A DNA stretch of 64,000 nt from Octopus sinensis (lineage: Eukaryota), in the NCBI RefSeq assembly GCF_006345805.1, contig NC_042998.1, positions 124,620,001 through 124,684,000 of the forward strand, given 5' to 3'. Shown piece after piece: positions 40,665 through 54,499 of this stretch (the stretch's first letter is position 1; each line of letters begins with the position of its first letter). A program made the translations under genes and the position numbers. The notes under the pieces were generated by a model. It was given only the letters and a program-made list of their open reading frames with translations, was not told the DNA's origin and searched no databases.

Positions 40665-41460
40665 AACGTATGGTCTGCAAATCTTTGTGATTTTCGTCGC
40701 TGTTTACAGTTATTTTTAAAAAAAAACTTTCTAATGTATCACATAGATGTAATTTTTGAGGCCGAAACCGAATTTTTTATTCGTTTATTTCAGAAAAATT
40801 TTGCAAAAATGTTAGTTCAAAATTTGGTAATTTTCAGAATATTCAGCTAATGAGAAAACAACGCGTTCGCTACATCTTCTATCATCGGGGGGTGGGGTGA
40901 GGCATCGGTATGTCAAAACATTGCTACTTCTTTTGTCCACACACATAGTTGAACTGCTGTTTGATTTTTCTTTTCTGCATTGAATGTTCACCATCCCACT
41001 TCCATTACACACACATGCGCGCGCGCACACACTCACACACGCACGCAAACGTTCACATACCTCCTTTTTACATTCACACACAATACTCACACAAAGCTGA
41101 AACACTCTCACTACCAGTTTACCATCACCCCTTCCTCTCTCATTCATATGTTGTGACGGCGGAAAACACAAGACTATTATTACAGTAAGAAGATTATCTT
41201 TCTCGTATATCTTTCTCCTCCTTGTGCGCATGCGCAGCGTTGTTGCTTACTATGGAAACAGCTTTTCGCTACGCTGTGTAAAATATTTGCCTTTGATTAG
41301 CTAAAATACCGAAATTTTGCAAATTTTAATAACTTTATATTTATGGATTTATCGATTTTCCTAATTAGTATACAAAACTTAATCTGTATACTAAATTTGA
41401 AAATAATTGGAAGAAAATTGTAAACAGTGACGAAACGAGAAAGATCCGTGGTCAGCTAAC
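40665..41460. mobile_element. MITE-like element with degenerate long terminal inverted repeats
   Basis: atctttgtgattttcgtcgctgtttaca (about 40681) versus tgtaaacagtgacgaaacgagaaagat (about 41420); further inverted similarity in the aaaattttgcaaaa / ttttgcaaatttt segments. Confidence 0.6.
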
Positions 41461-41575
41461 TACCAAACGCTACCAGCAGAAAATGTGTATGCATATGACT
41501 ACATGTGCTTGTAAATACAGAACGTTATATACAAATGTGCATATATATATATATATACATTTATATATATATATG

Positions 41576-41607
<32 letters not shown>

Positions 41608-41608
41608 T

Positions 41609-41680
<72 letters not shown>

Positions 41681-41743
41681 AATTAACAGAATGAGATAGA
41701 AATACAAAGTTGTGAAAGATTTCAGAACATTTATAAAGAGAAT

Positions 41744-41790
41744 GTCTTACAGCTGTTTCCGGAGTATTTTATATATCCCCTCACGGTGAC
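41744..41790 (-). ncRNA. Degenerate hammerhead remnant
   Basis: GUCA-CCGUGA(damaged core)-GGGGA..UCCG-GAAA-CAGCUG-U-A-AGAC; palindromic stem III is retained. Confidence 0.4.
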
Positions 41791-42594
41791 GGTGTGAGAG
41801 AATGGTTAAGCAATAGTTATTCCAGAGAAGATATAAAATAGAGAGTGAATTGAAGGAATTAAAACAGACGTGAGATATACAGGTATATCGTATCTGCAGT
41901 TCCGTTATTTAAGCAGAATAGTATATATATATATAAGTTTCCTGTGCCTTGTGTGTAAGTACCAATAGTATTTGAAATTGTTCATTCCAAGCATAGAGTT
42001 TGTACACGGTGTTATTGGATCGAGAGTTTTTAGCTGTAATACCATCTCTTTATAAGTGTTCTGAAATCTTTCACAGACTTGTATTTTTATCTCATTCTGT
42101 AAATTTTTTATATATATGCATGCTAATATATGACCTACGTTGGACTCCTCATTCGCATAATTACCGAACCTGGAGCTTAACTATAGCCTGTCCATAGCAC
42201 TTACTCAACATTACCTGACACCTTTGAGTCTTCTAGACACCATTACCTGTCATAACCTATATATGTGTGTGTGTGTATATATATATATATAATAAATTAA
42301 TAAATAAAACATATGCATATATACATACATATATGTACGTACCTACCTCTACATGTATATATACACGCACATATGAGTACAGGACACCAAAATAACGTCG
42401 AACACAATGAGAAACGAAAACATAAACACAAAACGAAGGAACTGGACATTTTTCTTATATATATATTGAAATATATATATTTCAAAATGTATATATATGT
42501 ATGTTTCAAAATGCATATATATTTCAAAATGTAACTATATGTGAATCGTTGACGATATCCTTTCTCTGTCTTCTTTTTCTCTTGGACTTCCCTT

Positions 42595-42629
42595 GTTTCT
42601 GAAGAAAAGCTTTGCTCGAAACGTAAAAC
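42595..42629 (+). ncRNA. Minimal type I hammerhead ribozyme (A.C mismatch at base of stem II)
   Basis: GUUU-CUGAAGA-A-AAGC-uuu-GCUC-GAAA-CG-U-A-AAAC. Confidence 0.65.
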
Positions 42630-42808
42630 TACCTTTTGTTCCTTCCCTGAGCGTCTGTTAATACTTTGCATGTACCACGTTCTCGCGTTGTTTTTCCTTG
42701 ATTTCCTTTCGTTTTTTGGGGGGGTAGGGGGGAGATTAGCTATATATATATATATATATATATACAGAGAGAGAGAGAGAGAGAGAGAGTACGTGTGTGT
42801 ATGTGTGT

Positions 42809-42900
<92 letters not shown>

Positions 42901-42901
<1 letters not shown>

Positions 42902-43616
42902 GTTTCTTTATTGGCCACACAGGGCTGCACACAGATGGGACAAGTTACAAGGTAGAGCTTTTCTTTTGGGGGATGAAAAAAACAAAAAACAAAAGAAACA
43001 AAAACAAAAAAAGGGGTGGCGTAGGTTTTCGATCAAGAGGGATCGTAAAAGGGAAGAAAAGAACAAAAAAAATAAAATAAAAAATAAAAAAATAAAAATA
43101 AAAAAAAGAAAAGGAAAAGGAACAAAAGAAAAGAGAAATGAAAAAAGAAGAAAAAAGGGGAAAAAAGGGGAAGAGGAAAAAAACGATCAAAAACGATCGT
43201 GTATCACAGTGTTATGATATATCGTGTAAAGGGGAAAGCAAGTAAGGTTTATCCGTGGGAAGAAAAGCCTACGAAAAAGACCACGGTAACATTGGTCAAT
43301 ATTGTTATATGTTACCACATTTGTTTGCAAGTGGGTAACCCTCTGTTTTCAATTTCTGGATTCATATGATTATACTCAAGGTGGTTTCGTCATTCATACG
43401 TGCCATCCTTGCTACATTCACCAATCTTTTTTTAAAACATTCGCTAGACAAAACTTGCCTCTCTACTCTCACTTTCCTTTTCAGGTGGTACTTGAAGAAG
43501 TTGATGAGAGATTGACCAGAGAGGAAAGTGTTTGTCTCCAATCCTTTCAGACGCGTCCACCAGATACATTCTTTCGCCATAGCCACAAGGATGATGAAAA
43601 TAGCTCTTCCTTCCCT
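42901..43616 (-). mobile_element. 5'-truncated L1/Tx1-clade LINE, copy 1, in a (GATA)n array
   Basis: ORF2 C-terminus AIFIILVAMAKECIWWTRLKG..FFKYHLKRKVRVER..CFKKRLV, stop at 43362. Pyrimidine-rich 3' UTR; the 3' end aataaagaaact is followed by (TATC)n; tatctatc at the 5' junction. Confidence 0.75.
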
Positions 43617-43705
43617 GATAGATATATATATATAATATATATATATAATATATATATATATATATAATATATATATTAATATATATATAGATAGATAGAT
43701 AGATG

Positions 43706-43750
<45 letters not shown>

Positions 43751-43773
43751 ATAGATAGATAGATAGATAGATA

Positions 43774-44313
43774 AGTTTCTTTATTGGCCACACAGGGCTG
43801 CACACAGATGGGAGAAGTTACAAGGTAGAGCTTTTCTTTTGGGGGATGAAAAAAACAAAAAACAAAAGAAACAAAAACAAAAAAGGGGTGGCGTAGGTTT
43901 TCGATCAAGAGGGATCGTAAAAGGGAAGAAAAGAACAAAAAAAATAAAATAAAAAATAAAAAAGAAAGAAGAAAAAGAAAAAGAAAAAGAAAAGGAAAAG
44001 GAACAAAAGAAAAGAGAAATGAAAAAAGAAGAAAAAAGGGGAAAAAGAGAAGAGGAAAAAAAACGATCAATAAGGATCGTGTATCACAGTGTTATGATAT
44101 ATGGTGTAAAGGGGAAAGCATGTAAGGTTTATCCGTGGGAAGAAAAGCCTACGAAAAAGACCACAGTAACCTTGGTCAATATTGTTATATGTTACCACAT
44201 TTGTTTGCAAGTGGGTAACCCTGTTTTCAATTTCTGGGTTCATAGGATTATGCTCAAGGTGGCTTCGTCATTCATACGTGCCATCCTTGCTACATTCACC
44301 CATCTTTTTTTAA
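43774..44313 (-). mobile_element. 5'-truncated L1/Tx1-clade LINE, copy 2
   Basis: Same 3' end and UTR as copy 1 with scattered substitutions and a different 5' truncation point; also followed by (TATC)n. Confidence 0.75.
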
Positions 44314-45166
44314 TACAACCTTATATATAAATATGTATATAAAAATGGAGATATAGAAACAAGAACGTAGAAGAATAGACTGAGAGACAGATACAGAGAG
44401 AGAGAGAGAGAGAGAGTGGAGGAGGAAAGAGAAAGTGAGAAGACCGACAGACAGACAGAGGCAGAGACAGACACACAAGACAGACAGCTAGACAGATAAA
44501 CAGAAAGGCGGATCGTTATTTATACAGTACTGCGCTTTAAAACTCTGTAGACTTCTTTTCAACGAGGTCGACAGAACTGCTTGTTTTCCTTTCAATTTTG
44601 ACATATTGTAACAGTTTTATTTGTACATAGCTAACTTATAAGTTACACGTTATTACGAACGACTGACCAGATTTCGTTGATATAGTGCAGTCTATCACAC
44701 CAGTCTAATTTGATAGAATAAAATTTTCTTAACAGAAGCACGTAAAATCGTGTTCCTTTCTTGTTTATTGTAATTGCTTTCATTTGGGCTGAAGATTTTG
44801 TTTGACTTTCCTGATACAAAGAGTGGAATAATTACGTTGATTCTGTTAATGTTATTTACAACAGAACAGGATGACTGACGTTGTTAAACACGACTTAAGT
44901 ATCAGGTTTCAACGAGGGGACGGGGCGAAATATAATGAGGCTCGATGTTCAAACGTTATATTTCTTAGTGAAGAATGTTCGATCTTCTACTGGAGATTTG
45001 TTAATTCCTTGATAGCTAGACAAACTGATTAAATAAGGTAGCAAAGTAGTAAAAACGATATTACCATTCAATCAAACGTCTGTAAAAGTCAAGTATTCTG
45101 CTTAACATTTTATGTGTGTAAGTGTGCGCACGTCCGTGTATGTGTATATAGTTCGTTCTAGCTATA

Positions 45167-46772
45167 CAGTTGCGGCCAAAATGTTCAGAACGGCATTGTT
45201 TTCGTCAGAAAAGTAGATATAAGTTTTTATCAAAGTTGTTTTATATTCTATAATTTTAACAGACAATAAATACAATATGAATTGTTATTGTCTGAGATTT
45301 TGGTGTAATTTGAGAGGATAATACAAAACATATGGATGATTTAGTGATTTACTGCAAAACCCATGGCGGCCAAAATGATCAGAACGGTTTTAAAAAATAA
45401 CAAAATAATCAAAAAGGACAGAGAATACTGGAATTATTTAATATTTACTGTGAAGCCCTTTAGCTTCAATCACACTTTGACATCTTCGACTGCATGAGGA
45501 ACTTAAAATTTCAATTTCTTGCTGGGTGATCTTATTCCATTCTTCCTGAAGGACATTCCATAATTCCTCGGTTGTTTTAGGATTTCTGGCTTTCGAACGT
45601 TCTCCTAGAATATTCCACACATTTTCAATAGGATTGAGATCTGGGCTTTGAGCAGGCCAATCCATAACAATAACCTTTTCAGCCTTGAGGAAGTTCATGA
45701 TCACTTTAGCCTTGTGACATGGGGCATTGTCCTGCATGAATATGGGTGGTCGCTTAGTTGAATTTCTCAGCACAGGCAAGACATGATCTTTTACAAGTTG
45801 TTTGTAATCTCCTGCATTTACCTTTCCATGTAATTGCACCAAAGGGCCTCACACCATCTCCAGATATCATACCCCAAACCATGACACTTCCTCCACCGAA
45901 TTTCACACTAGTCTTAAGGCATTTAGGCGACAATTTTTCACCTACTTTTCGACGAACGTACCTTTTCCCATGTGAGCCAAATAACATAAACTTAGATTCA
46001 TCACTGAAATGCACCGTTTGCCATCTTTCTTGAGACCACAACACATGTTCGATTGCAAAGGTAAGATGACACTTTTATTCTTGGAGCTGATCAGTGGCTT
46101 CGCTGCAGGTGCTCTTGCTTGTAGGCCATGTTCAACTAAACGACGAAACAGTTTTTCGAGATAAAGTTTTCTTCAGTATAATGCTCATTTCCCGAGAAAC
46201 AGTAGCCGCAGTTTTAAATTTGTCCTTTTTAACCAATTTTACCATAGCACGATCTTCTCTCTTGGTCGTTTTCTTGGCCTACCTGTACACTTTCTTGCTT
46301 CATACGAACCACAATCATCGCATACCTTAAGAATACCGTGAACACTTTTTGACTTGTTAACAATCTTTGCAATAGACCCAATACTTAAATTATCCTTCTT
46401 TCGAAGCTTAATTATCTGCTGACGAATTGGTAACGGAGTAAATGGCATTATATTAACAAAGTACACTGCAGATATTCTTACTAATGTTTAGTAAACGAAC
46501 CGTCACGTAAACAAATTCAAAACATTAGAGTTCGCCGGTTAAATATACTAAAACACGGAATAAAAGCAACCGTTCTGATCATTTTGGCCGCCATGGGTTT
46601 TGCAGTAAATCCCTAAATTGTCCTCTCAAATTACACCAAAATCTCAGGCAATAACAAATACTATCGTATTTATTGTCTATGGAGATTATAGAATATAAAA
46701 CAACTTTGATAAAAACTTATACCTACTTTCCTGACGAAAACAATGCCGTTCTGAACATTTTGGCCGCAACTG
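45167..46772 (-). mobile_element. Tc1-family (DD34E) DNA transposon with IR/DR-type TIRs of about 220 bp and TA TSDs (45165-45166, 46773-46774)
   Basis: Ends cagttgcggccaaaatgttcagaacgg and ccgttctgaacattttggccgcaactg; inner repeat gcggccaaaatgatcagaacgg at both ends. Confidence 0.97.
45438..46448 (-). pseudogene. Tc1 transposase, frameshifted
   Basis: MPFTPLPIRQQII..TGRPRK..VHFSDESKF..KFGGGSVMVWG..FMQDNAPCH(34 aa to E)..WPAQSPDLNPIENVW..GLHSKY*, split over at least four frame segments. Confidence 0.93.
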
Positions 46773-46840
46773 TAAGTGCGAAGCCCATGCTGAAATGCCG
46801 CCTGTATGTATGTATGTATGTATGTATGTATGTATGTATG

Positions 46841-46903
<63 letters not shown>

Positions 46904-47017
46904 ATGGATCGCCATGTTGATTCGCTAGCCTCTGCACGCATTTTTTTCTCTCCTTCTTTCTGTGTTACTTCTCTGTGTATCTTTCTGTTGAAGAGCGTAG
47001 GCTCGAAACGATTGTGA

Positions 47018-47062
<45 letters not shown>

Positions 47063-47560
47063 AAACATGGTTGTTTGTTTAATAAGTTTTCTTCGTGATT
47101 ACGTCATTTTGAGATCGATCTTATTCTGTGTTTTCCCATGCTATGGATCAAGCAAATCATTAAGAATGAAATTTAGAGGTGGGAAATTCTTAAACCATGC
47201 ATGAATTTATGTTGTATGGTACTTGATATATCTATATTTGTATTTGGTATTTGCAAATTACGTAGGTCATGTCTTCTTAAACATCTCCATGTCCCTGGGC
47301 TGCCGGAAATAGGTTAGGAAAATTGTCGTGCTGATGACACCTTTTGAGGCAGAAACGTGTATGATGACTGTTCTCTAAACTTTTTCTTAAGGGCCTGTCA
47401 ACTTAGCAAAGTATTTGATTCTTGAGACTATCTCCCCTTCGTTCTCTTTTGTTATATGGTAATTGTGACACGTCATCTACAGCTGGAGAAGTTTCGATAA
47501 ATCAAAACTATATAATACATAATAGACCATATTCTTGTAAGTGCTTGTATCGTTCATATA

Positions 47561-48455
47561 CGAGGGTATACCCAAAAGAAACCGGAATTTTGCAATATTA
47601 TTCACTTAGTTTTACATGTTTACACTTTTATCGCCTTCAAAGTATTCTCCATTTGAAGCAATGCGTGTTTTTCCGCTATTCGAAACAGCCCTGGAACTCT
47701 TGCAAAGTGATGCCACCGTCGTCTTTTTTCTTTTTTTCTCCTCTTCAACATCTGCAAACTCTGTAGCACCAGCTTCTGTCACCAGTGATGACCTTGGAAA
47801 AGGGTCCAGATCAGCTTCCAACTGTTCTGTCAGTTAACGATACGCGTTCAGTCGTGACTGCTTTTGATCTTCTATGATTAAGCAAGGTACAAATTTTGCT
47901 GCAACTCTTTTCATTCACAATTTTTCGCACGAAACTCGTTACCAGGAGCTCCATTACACATCAGTCACATCAAGTTCGTCAATTGTTCGGTGACAGTCCT
48001 CCAAGATCAGTTCCTGAATTTTCATGGTGTTTTCATTCGTTCGAGTGGTCGGTGGTCGCCCTGAACGAGGCTAGTCTTCAAGCAACAAGTGACCATTCCT
48101 AAAGAGTGGAAGCCACTCGTAAATATGTGTTTTGCTCATGGCAGTGTCTTTGTAAGCTGTTTGAAGCATGACAACTGTTTCGGCCGCCATTTTCCCCAAC
48201 AGAAAACAGAATTTCATGGAAGCACGCTGTTCTTTCGTTCCAGCTATCGCAAAAGCTGACAAACAGGGGAGAAGTACTGCAAAACAAGGACCCATCATGT
48301 GGCAGTTCGACCACACCCGACGACACCGGGGTTGCCTCAAGTGGCTTCTAGCAGCGGGTACCTGAAATACAATGGGTTTGCTCCACAAGAGAACGTTTCC
48401 AGCTACTTTCGGGAAACGTTCTCTTGTGGAGCCAATTTCAGTTACTTATCATAGT
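47561..48455 (-). mobile_element. Internally deleted mariner-type element
   Basis: EQRASMKFCFLLGKMAAETVVML..IYEWL..FRNG..ED*PRSGRP..KRVAAKFVP; end TA|cgagggtatacccaaaagaaaccggaat at 47559; catalytic domain absent. Confidence 0.85.
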
Positions 48456-48764
48456 AATCCAAATGCAGAGAAGTGTAATGTAGAGTGTAATGAAATTATT
48501 GATATGTGAATATACTATTGCATTGTATAAAGCAGAGGTTGCATATTAATGCAGACGTGTAACCCTAACATTTTCCTCACTGAAATTATTACTACATGAA
48601 TGAGTGGTTAAATGAATATATTCACCACTCATACATCCTGATTTTATGGTTTACATGTATATATACATGTGTGTGTGTGTGCGTGCGTGCATATGTGTAT
48701 GTGTGTGAGTGTGTATGTGCGAGCTTGAGTGCGTGTGAGTGTGAAAGTATTTATGTGCCTGTGC

Positions 48765-48803
<39 letters not shown>

Positions 48804-48904
48804 GTTCTGCTGACGGTGCCCTAGTTTCTGCACAGCGTTTGGGTAGAAAAGCATAACAGAAAAGAATAATAGTTCACAGACACACACAGACACACACACA
48901 TATA

Positions 48905-49047
48905 TATCCGACAGGCTTCTTTCAGTTTCCTGTACCAAATCCACTCACAGGGCTTTGGTTGACTCGAGACAAGTGGCCAAGGTACAACGTAGAGAGAATG
49001 AGCCTGGAACCATGTTGATAGGAATTACACTTCTTTGCACACAGCCA
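48905..49047 (-). mobile_element. SINE family B head fragment
   Basis: ggcttctttcagtttcc..ccaaatccactcacagggctttgg..ggaaccatg..cacacagcca. Confidence 0.7.
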
Positions 49048-49911
49048 TTCCAGCTGATACATACGATATATTTGTGTGTGTGTGTATGAGCGTATGTGTG
49101 AGTGCGTGTGTATGTGTGAGTGTGCGCGTGCCTATAATACTCGTATATGTACATGTGTGCGAAGGAGAAGATACGTTTCGAAATTTGCTTATAGATTATT
49201 TAAGAATTAGGAGCGTTATGTGAACTGATATATGAATATATTTAGCGTAACCTTTATCTCGCCGTTTTCTGTATAGCTTTCACTATCTATATCTCGTACT
49301 TTCTCTTTCCATCTCCTCGTCCCTTACCTACATGTCCCTCTCACTCATTGTGTATACGTTTATGTATGCCTGTGTGAGCATACACAGATGCACATACATA
49401 TATGCAGTTATACATGCACACTCACAAATATGTTCACATATATATATTCATATATACAAAGATGCATGCATGTCCTACACACACGTGTCTCTGTGTGTGG
49501 ATACGACGAAGGAAATTGACAATTCTGCGAACACTGTTGAAAAGAATATACATCTGCAAAGCAAACATTTTCATATGAATATTTGTGTCTGTGTGTCTGT
49601 TCGTGTGTGGTTTTTCGCATTATTGTGGGTTTATATAAATGTGTATGTAAATACTAAATGACTTATTAAGGTTGGCTATCGACTCGTGTGTAGTGAGTTG
49701 TAACTAGTTTCAGGCGTTTCGTTAAGTCTCTGTGGAAGGCAATATTTTCTTCGTGCTTCAACACCTCTTGAGTATCATGTGATATCAATAAGCACTCATA
49801 TAGAGACATACACATCAGGTTGTGCGTGCGTGTGTGTGTGTGTGTGTGTGTGTATTTGAATGTGTATGCATATATAAACATACAGATACACATACATGCA
49901 CGCTTACATAT

Positions 49912-49957
<46 letters not shown>

Positions 49958-50123
49958 CATTCTCGTCGTGTATGTATTATATATATTGTATATATATATA
50001 TATATGTGTGTATTTATTCTATATTGAATACATATATATACATATATATATAAATATAAATGTTGTACATACACATATATACATGTGTGCTTGTGTGTGT
50101 CTATATGAGTGTATATATGCACA

Positions 50124-50160
<37 letters not shown>

Positions 50161-50820
50161 TATTATTCTTATGCGCAAGCGCATGTGTGTGTATTTGAAC
50201 AGATGTTTAACATGGTTAAACACCAATATTAGAAATGTGGACAGTGAGAGGGAACAAACCGTGATGCCAAGTGACATTTGAGGTGTTTGTTACTATCACT
50301 TACTGCAAGCACTCCATCTCTTTACGCTTGGCCACCCATGTTTTTAACACAATTTTGTTTATTTCGCTCCTACAGCGATATCTACTCAAATACTGGTGGT
50401 AAGCGATAGTATCTATAGGCTACATAATATTTAGAAATAAAATCCCGTTTCTTGACTGTCCGTAGTTTGTTTGCCCATTTCTATCTCATTCTATTCAATC
50501 AACAAGGTACAGCATTTGTTCTTACAAGCGTTGTTTCTTCTTCTCAGTGGCTTCTGTATAAAGAACACGATGACTGCTGCTCTTCTGAACATTCTAGCTA
50601 GCTACATTATCCACTCAGATCCACGTATAAGTCCCGAGCTCCTCTTAACTTTCAGATTCTTTGTTTATTTTGCAGTTATTTGTGATTTAGTAGACCGCTT
50701 TGAAACCACTGCGGTTCCTTCCTACTGCGCATCATCATGTGTAATTACGTACTACTATTCCACCAGGTGAACAAAGAATTTGTGAGTGAGTTCCTTGGTT
50801 ATGGCCAGTCAGAAAGATAC

Positions 50821-51044
50821 CTATTTCTTCACTACCCACAAGGGGCTAAACACAGAGGGGACGAACAAGGACATACGAACGGATTAAGTCGATTACATCG
50901 ACCCCAGTGCGTAACTGGTACTTAATTTATCGGCCCCGAAAGGATGAAAGGCAAAGTCGACCTCGGCGGAATTTGAACTCAGAACGTAACGGCAGACGAA
51001 ATACCGCTAAGCATTTCACCCGGCGTGCTAACGTTTCTGCCAGC
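50821..51044 (-). mobile_element. SINE family A (tail 1) with 12-bp TSD tcagaaagatac (50809-50820 and 51045-51056)
   Basis: Direct reading. Confidence 0.92.
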
Positions 51045-52537
51045 TCAGAAAGATACTATTGGTTTCACGTCAGCACACACACACATACACATACGTACAT
51101 TCAGCCATTATCTGCCTGTTGTTTCACTCCTTATCTCTACTTTATGTTCTTCATGCTTACCAATATTACTTTCTGTTTTCTACCATATTAAATTCTATTT
51201 GTACCTCTCTCTCTCTCTTTCTCTCTCTCTCTTTTTCTCCTTGTTTTAACCTTTCTTATAGCTTGTACCTGTGCTGTGTCCTGTTTGCTTGTACATCTAT
51301 ATCAGTCTGGTGGTGGTGGTTGTGGTGGTGTATTCATTTTTAACTCATAACCATGCGCTACGTCAAAGATATTGATAAAATACATATGTGGCTGAAATAA
51401 GTAGCCGGATCGATATGATCGACTAAACCTGTGAAGCTTGTGAGCAATCTTGGCTTCAGTCCCATGACTGAAATCACCAAAAGAACAAAAGAATAAAGAA
51501 TGCAAAGTACAACGTTTAATAATGAATAAATGTGAATTTTTATATGTTTTATGAAGTTATAAAACACCAACGCTAATAAATACAATTCCTTATTGCATCA
51601 TGTTTTCATATCTAAGCTTTTAATTTTATAGTTTTCTTGTCAATTTTTCCATTAGAATCAGAACTTTTCTAAACAGCAACATCAAAGCATTTTAATCATA
51701 GACTACAAATTACTGATTGCAGGACAATATTAGTTTGAAATACATTGCCAATGGTAACATTTCCAATTTGCACCACTTCAAATATTTCGTCACTGACTAT
51801 CTAATTTAATTTCAAAACTCGAAGGTGAAATAAAAGAAACGAATATAAATCTTGATAAGAGAAATTAAAAAAACAAGTATCATCAAAATTGATGGAAGCT
51901 AGTAATTGACTTTCGTTTACTTGGCCTTCCTAAAGTGTATTAGAATACGCACATAAGCGATATGGATAAACACATACACACACATGCAAGCAAACACACA
52001 CAAATATATATATATACATATACACACCAACATATATGTGTGTGTGTGTATACAGGTATATGAGTGTATATATATATATATATATATATAATGTTCATGG
52101 ATGCATGTGTCCATGTCTAATGGGTATGTGTTAGAATGTATGTTACTATTTGCTAGAATGTATGCGTTGCTGTCTTTATATATGTAAGATCTCTATGTAA
52201 AGTAATATCTACTAATGTTTTTTGCATAATCTCCTATTTGATATATTCATGCGCATACATATATGTACATATTTTCTTTCTATACACGTCCCACTCTCAA
52301 CACATAGTTGTATGCAAGAAACTATATCTACATCTTATATGTCCATACACCTGTAGTACACAGACACACAAACAAACACATATATGCGCATGTACATACA
52401 CACACCTGCATATATGTATATGTACATGTGCGTGTATATAAATACATACATGCATGTACGTACATGCGTGTATGTACGCATGTATGTATATATACATATA
52501 CATATATATATATATAATATATATATATATATTATAT

Positions 52538-52585
<48 letters not shown>

Positions 52586-54240
52586 CATGCATGTGTGTAT
52601 GTAAATATCAAATAGATTTTCAGCTTAAATGCATATTTCGAGTCTTCTGTCTGTTGCTGATTGCGAAACTGATATCTGAATTAAAAATCACAGTATTTAT
52701 AACTAAGATGATAAGTCGGGCGGGGGCGGGGCATTAAATAATAAAATACGTGTCCAAAGAAAAGCTATTATTTATTTCTTTATATATACAACATTTTCAA
52801 TATAGATTTACATAATACATTTTCACTATTTATCTTTATCTTTCTGTCATTCTTTATTTCATTTGCCTATTTTCCTCGTTTTTGTGTTATTTGTTTTATA
52901 TATTTACTTATTCCTTTTGACTGATATTTTTACTTTCGATACCTACACGCGCTTATCATGTTGCTTATACATAATGTATTCTTCTTTAAAAATGTCATAC
53001 TCTTGAGACACAGAGCAGTAATAGCAAGTACCTGCAGCATACATAATACATTTTCTTGTTTTTGTTTTGCGTACAAAAGCTTGTTATTTGAATTCTCAAC
53101 TGCGCACACAAACATACACACACTAACACACACAAACACATGCACACACACAAACACATACACACACACAAACATGTACACACATGCACCCATGCATACA
53201 CACATAGAAACATATATATATATGTATATATATATAGGCATCGTTACAAACATACATGATACATACACACATGCAAACATATGTACTTTCGTATGTGCGT
53301 GTGAGTGCGCGTATGTATGTGTATGTATGTGTAAGTATGTATTGGATTCGGTTCTAATGAGCGGCACTTTGGGCATTTGTCATATAGTATAACCTCAATC
53401 ATTTATCCCCAGGTGACATCTCTTGCTCACAATGACCTACGATGTTATGATATAAGTAAAACACATTAACTTAAAAAGTATTTCCATGAAACATGAGATC
53501 ACAGTGTGATTAATGTTTATTCTCTTTTTTAGTAAGTGAAAACTGGCACTATGTCCATTTTTATTATACTCCGCTATTTTAGTCTTTGTTACTATTTGCT
53601 CTACAATAATAATTGATAGTATGTAGGCTAGTTTGCATTCATCAGATTCTATCTGTGTATATTTTCCAATATACCTATTGTGTTTAATCTAGCAAATATG
53701 TGTCCCTGTTATACGGTGTATAGTTATATTCAGAATATTCTTTAGCGCTGATTTATGTCTAGATGCACAAAAGTACATATTTGCGTTTTATTTTCATTTT
53801 TATGAATAAACATTTATGTAAGCAGTGTAGACAAAAACAGAAATTCAACCAGCTTATAATATACAACGTAAATATGAATTAATCAATCATGGAAAATGCT
53901 GAATTTTCTATAATTCAATTATGGAATAATTAAAATTTACTGCTTCATGACAACTTCACACGATTCAGCGATAATGCTCATGTGAAACAGTTTTATACAT
54001 TTTATACATACATAGTCTTTACAGATAATGTTATATTATTTATGTACATTATGCAACGGCTAAATTTTAAATGCTAATATATTTTCTATGCAAAAAACAT
54101 TTAAAAAGTAGTAGATGCACTGTCTATATGCAAATTCCACATAAATTACCACGTCTTAAATATATTTCAATGATTTCTGGTCATGAATGCCTCAAAAAGC
54201 TGAAAGCTTGAAACATTTCCAGCAAAATAATATATATATA

Positions 54241-54455
54241 TTTCTTTACTACCCACAAGGGGCTAAACACAGAGGGGACAAACAAGGACAGGCAAACGGA
54301 TTAAGTCGATTACATCGACCCCAGTGCGTAACTGGTACTTGATTTATTGACCCCGAAAGGATGAAAGGCAAAGTTTGAACTCGGAACATCGATACAGACG
54401 GAATAGCGCGAAGCATTTCGCCCGGCGTGCTAACGTTTCGGCCAGCTCGCCGTCT
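54241..54455 (-). mobile_element. SINE family A (tail 1) with about 18-bp TSD caaaataatatatatata
   Basis: Repeat at 54223-54240 and 54456-54473. Confidence 0.88.
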
Positions 54456-54458
54456 CAA

Positions 54459-54497
<39 letters not shown>

Positions 54498-54499
<2 letters not shown>

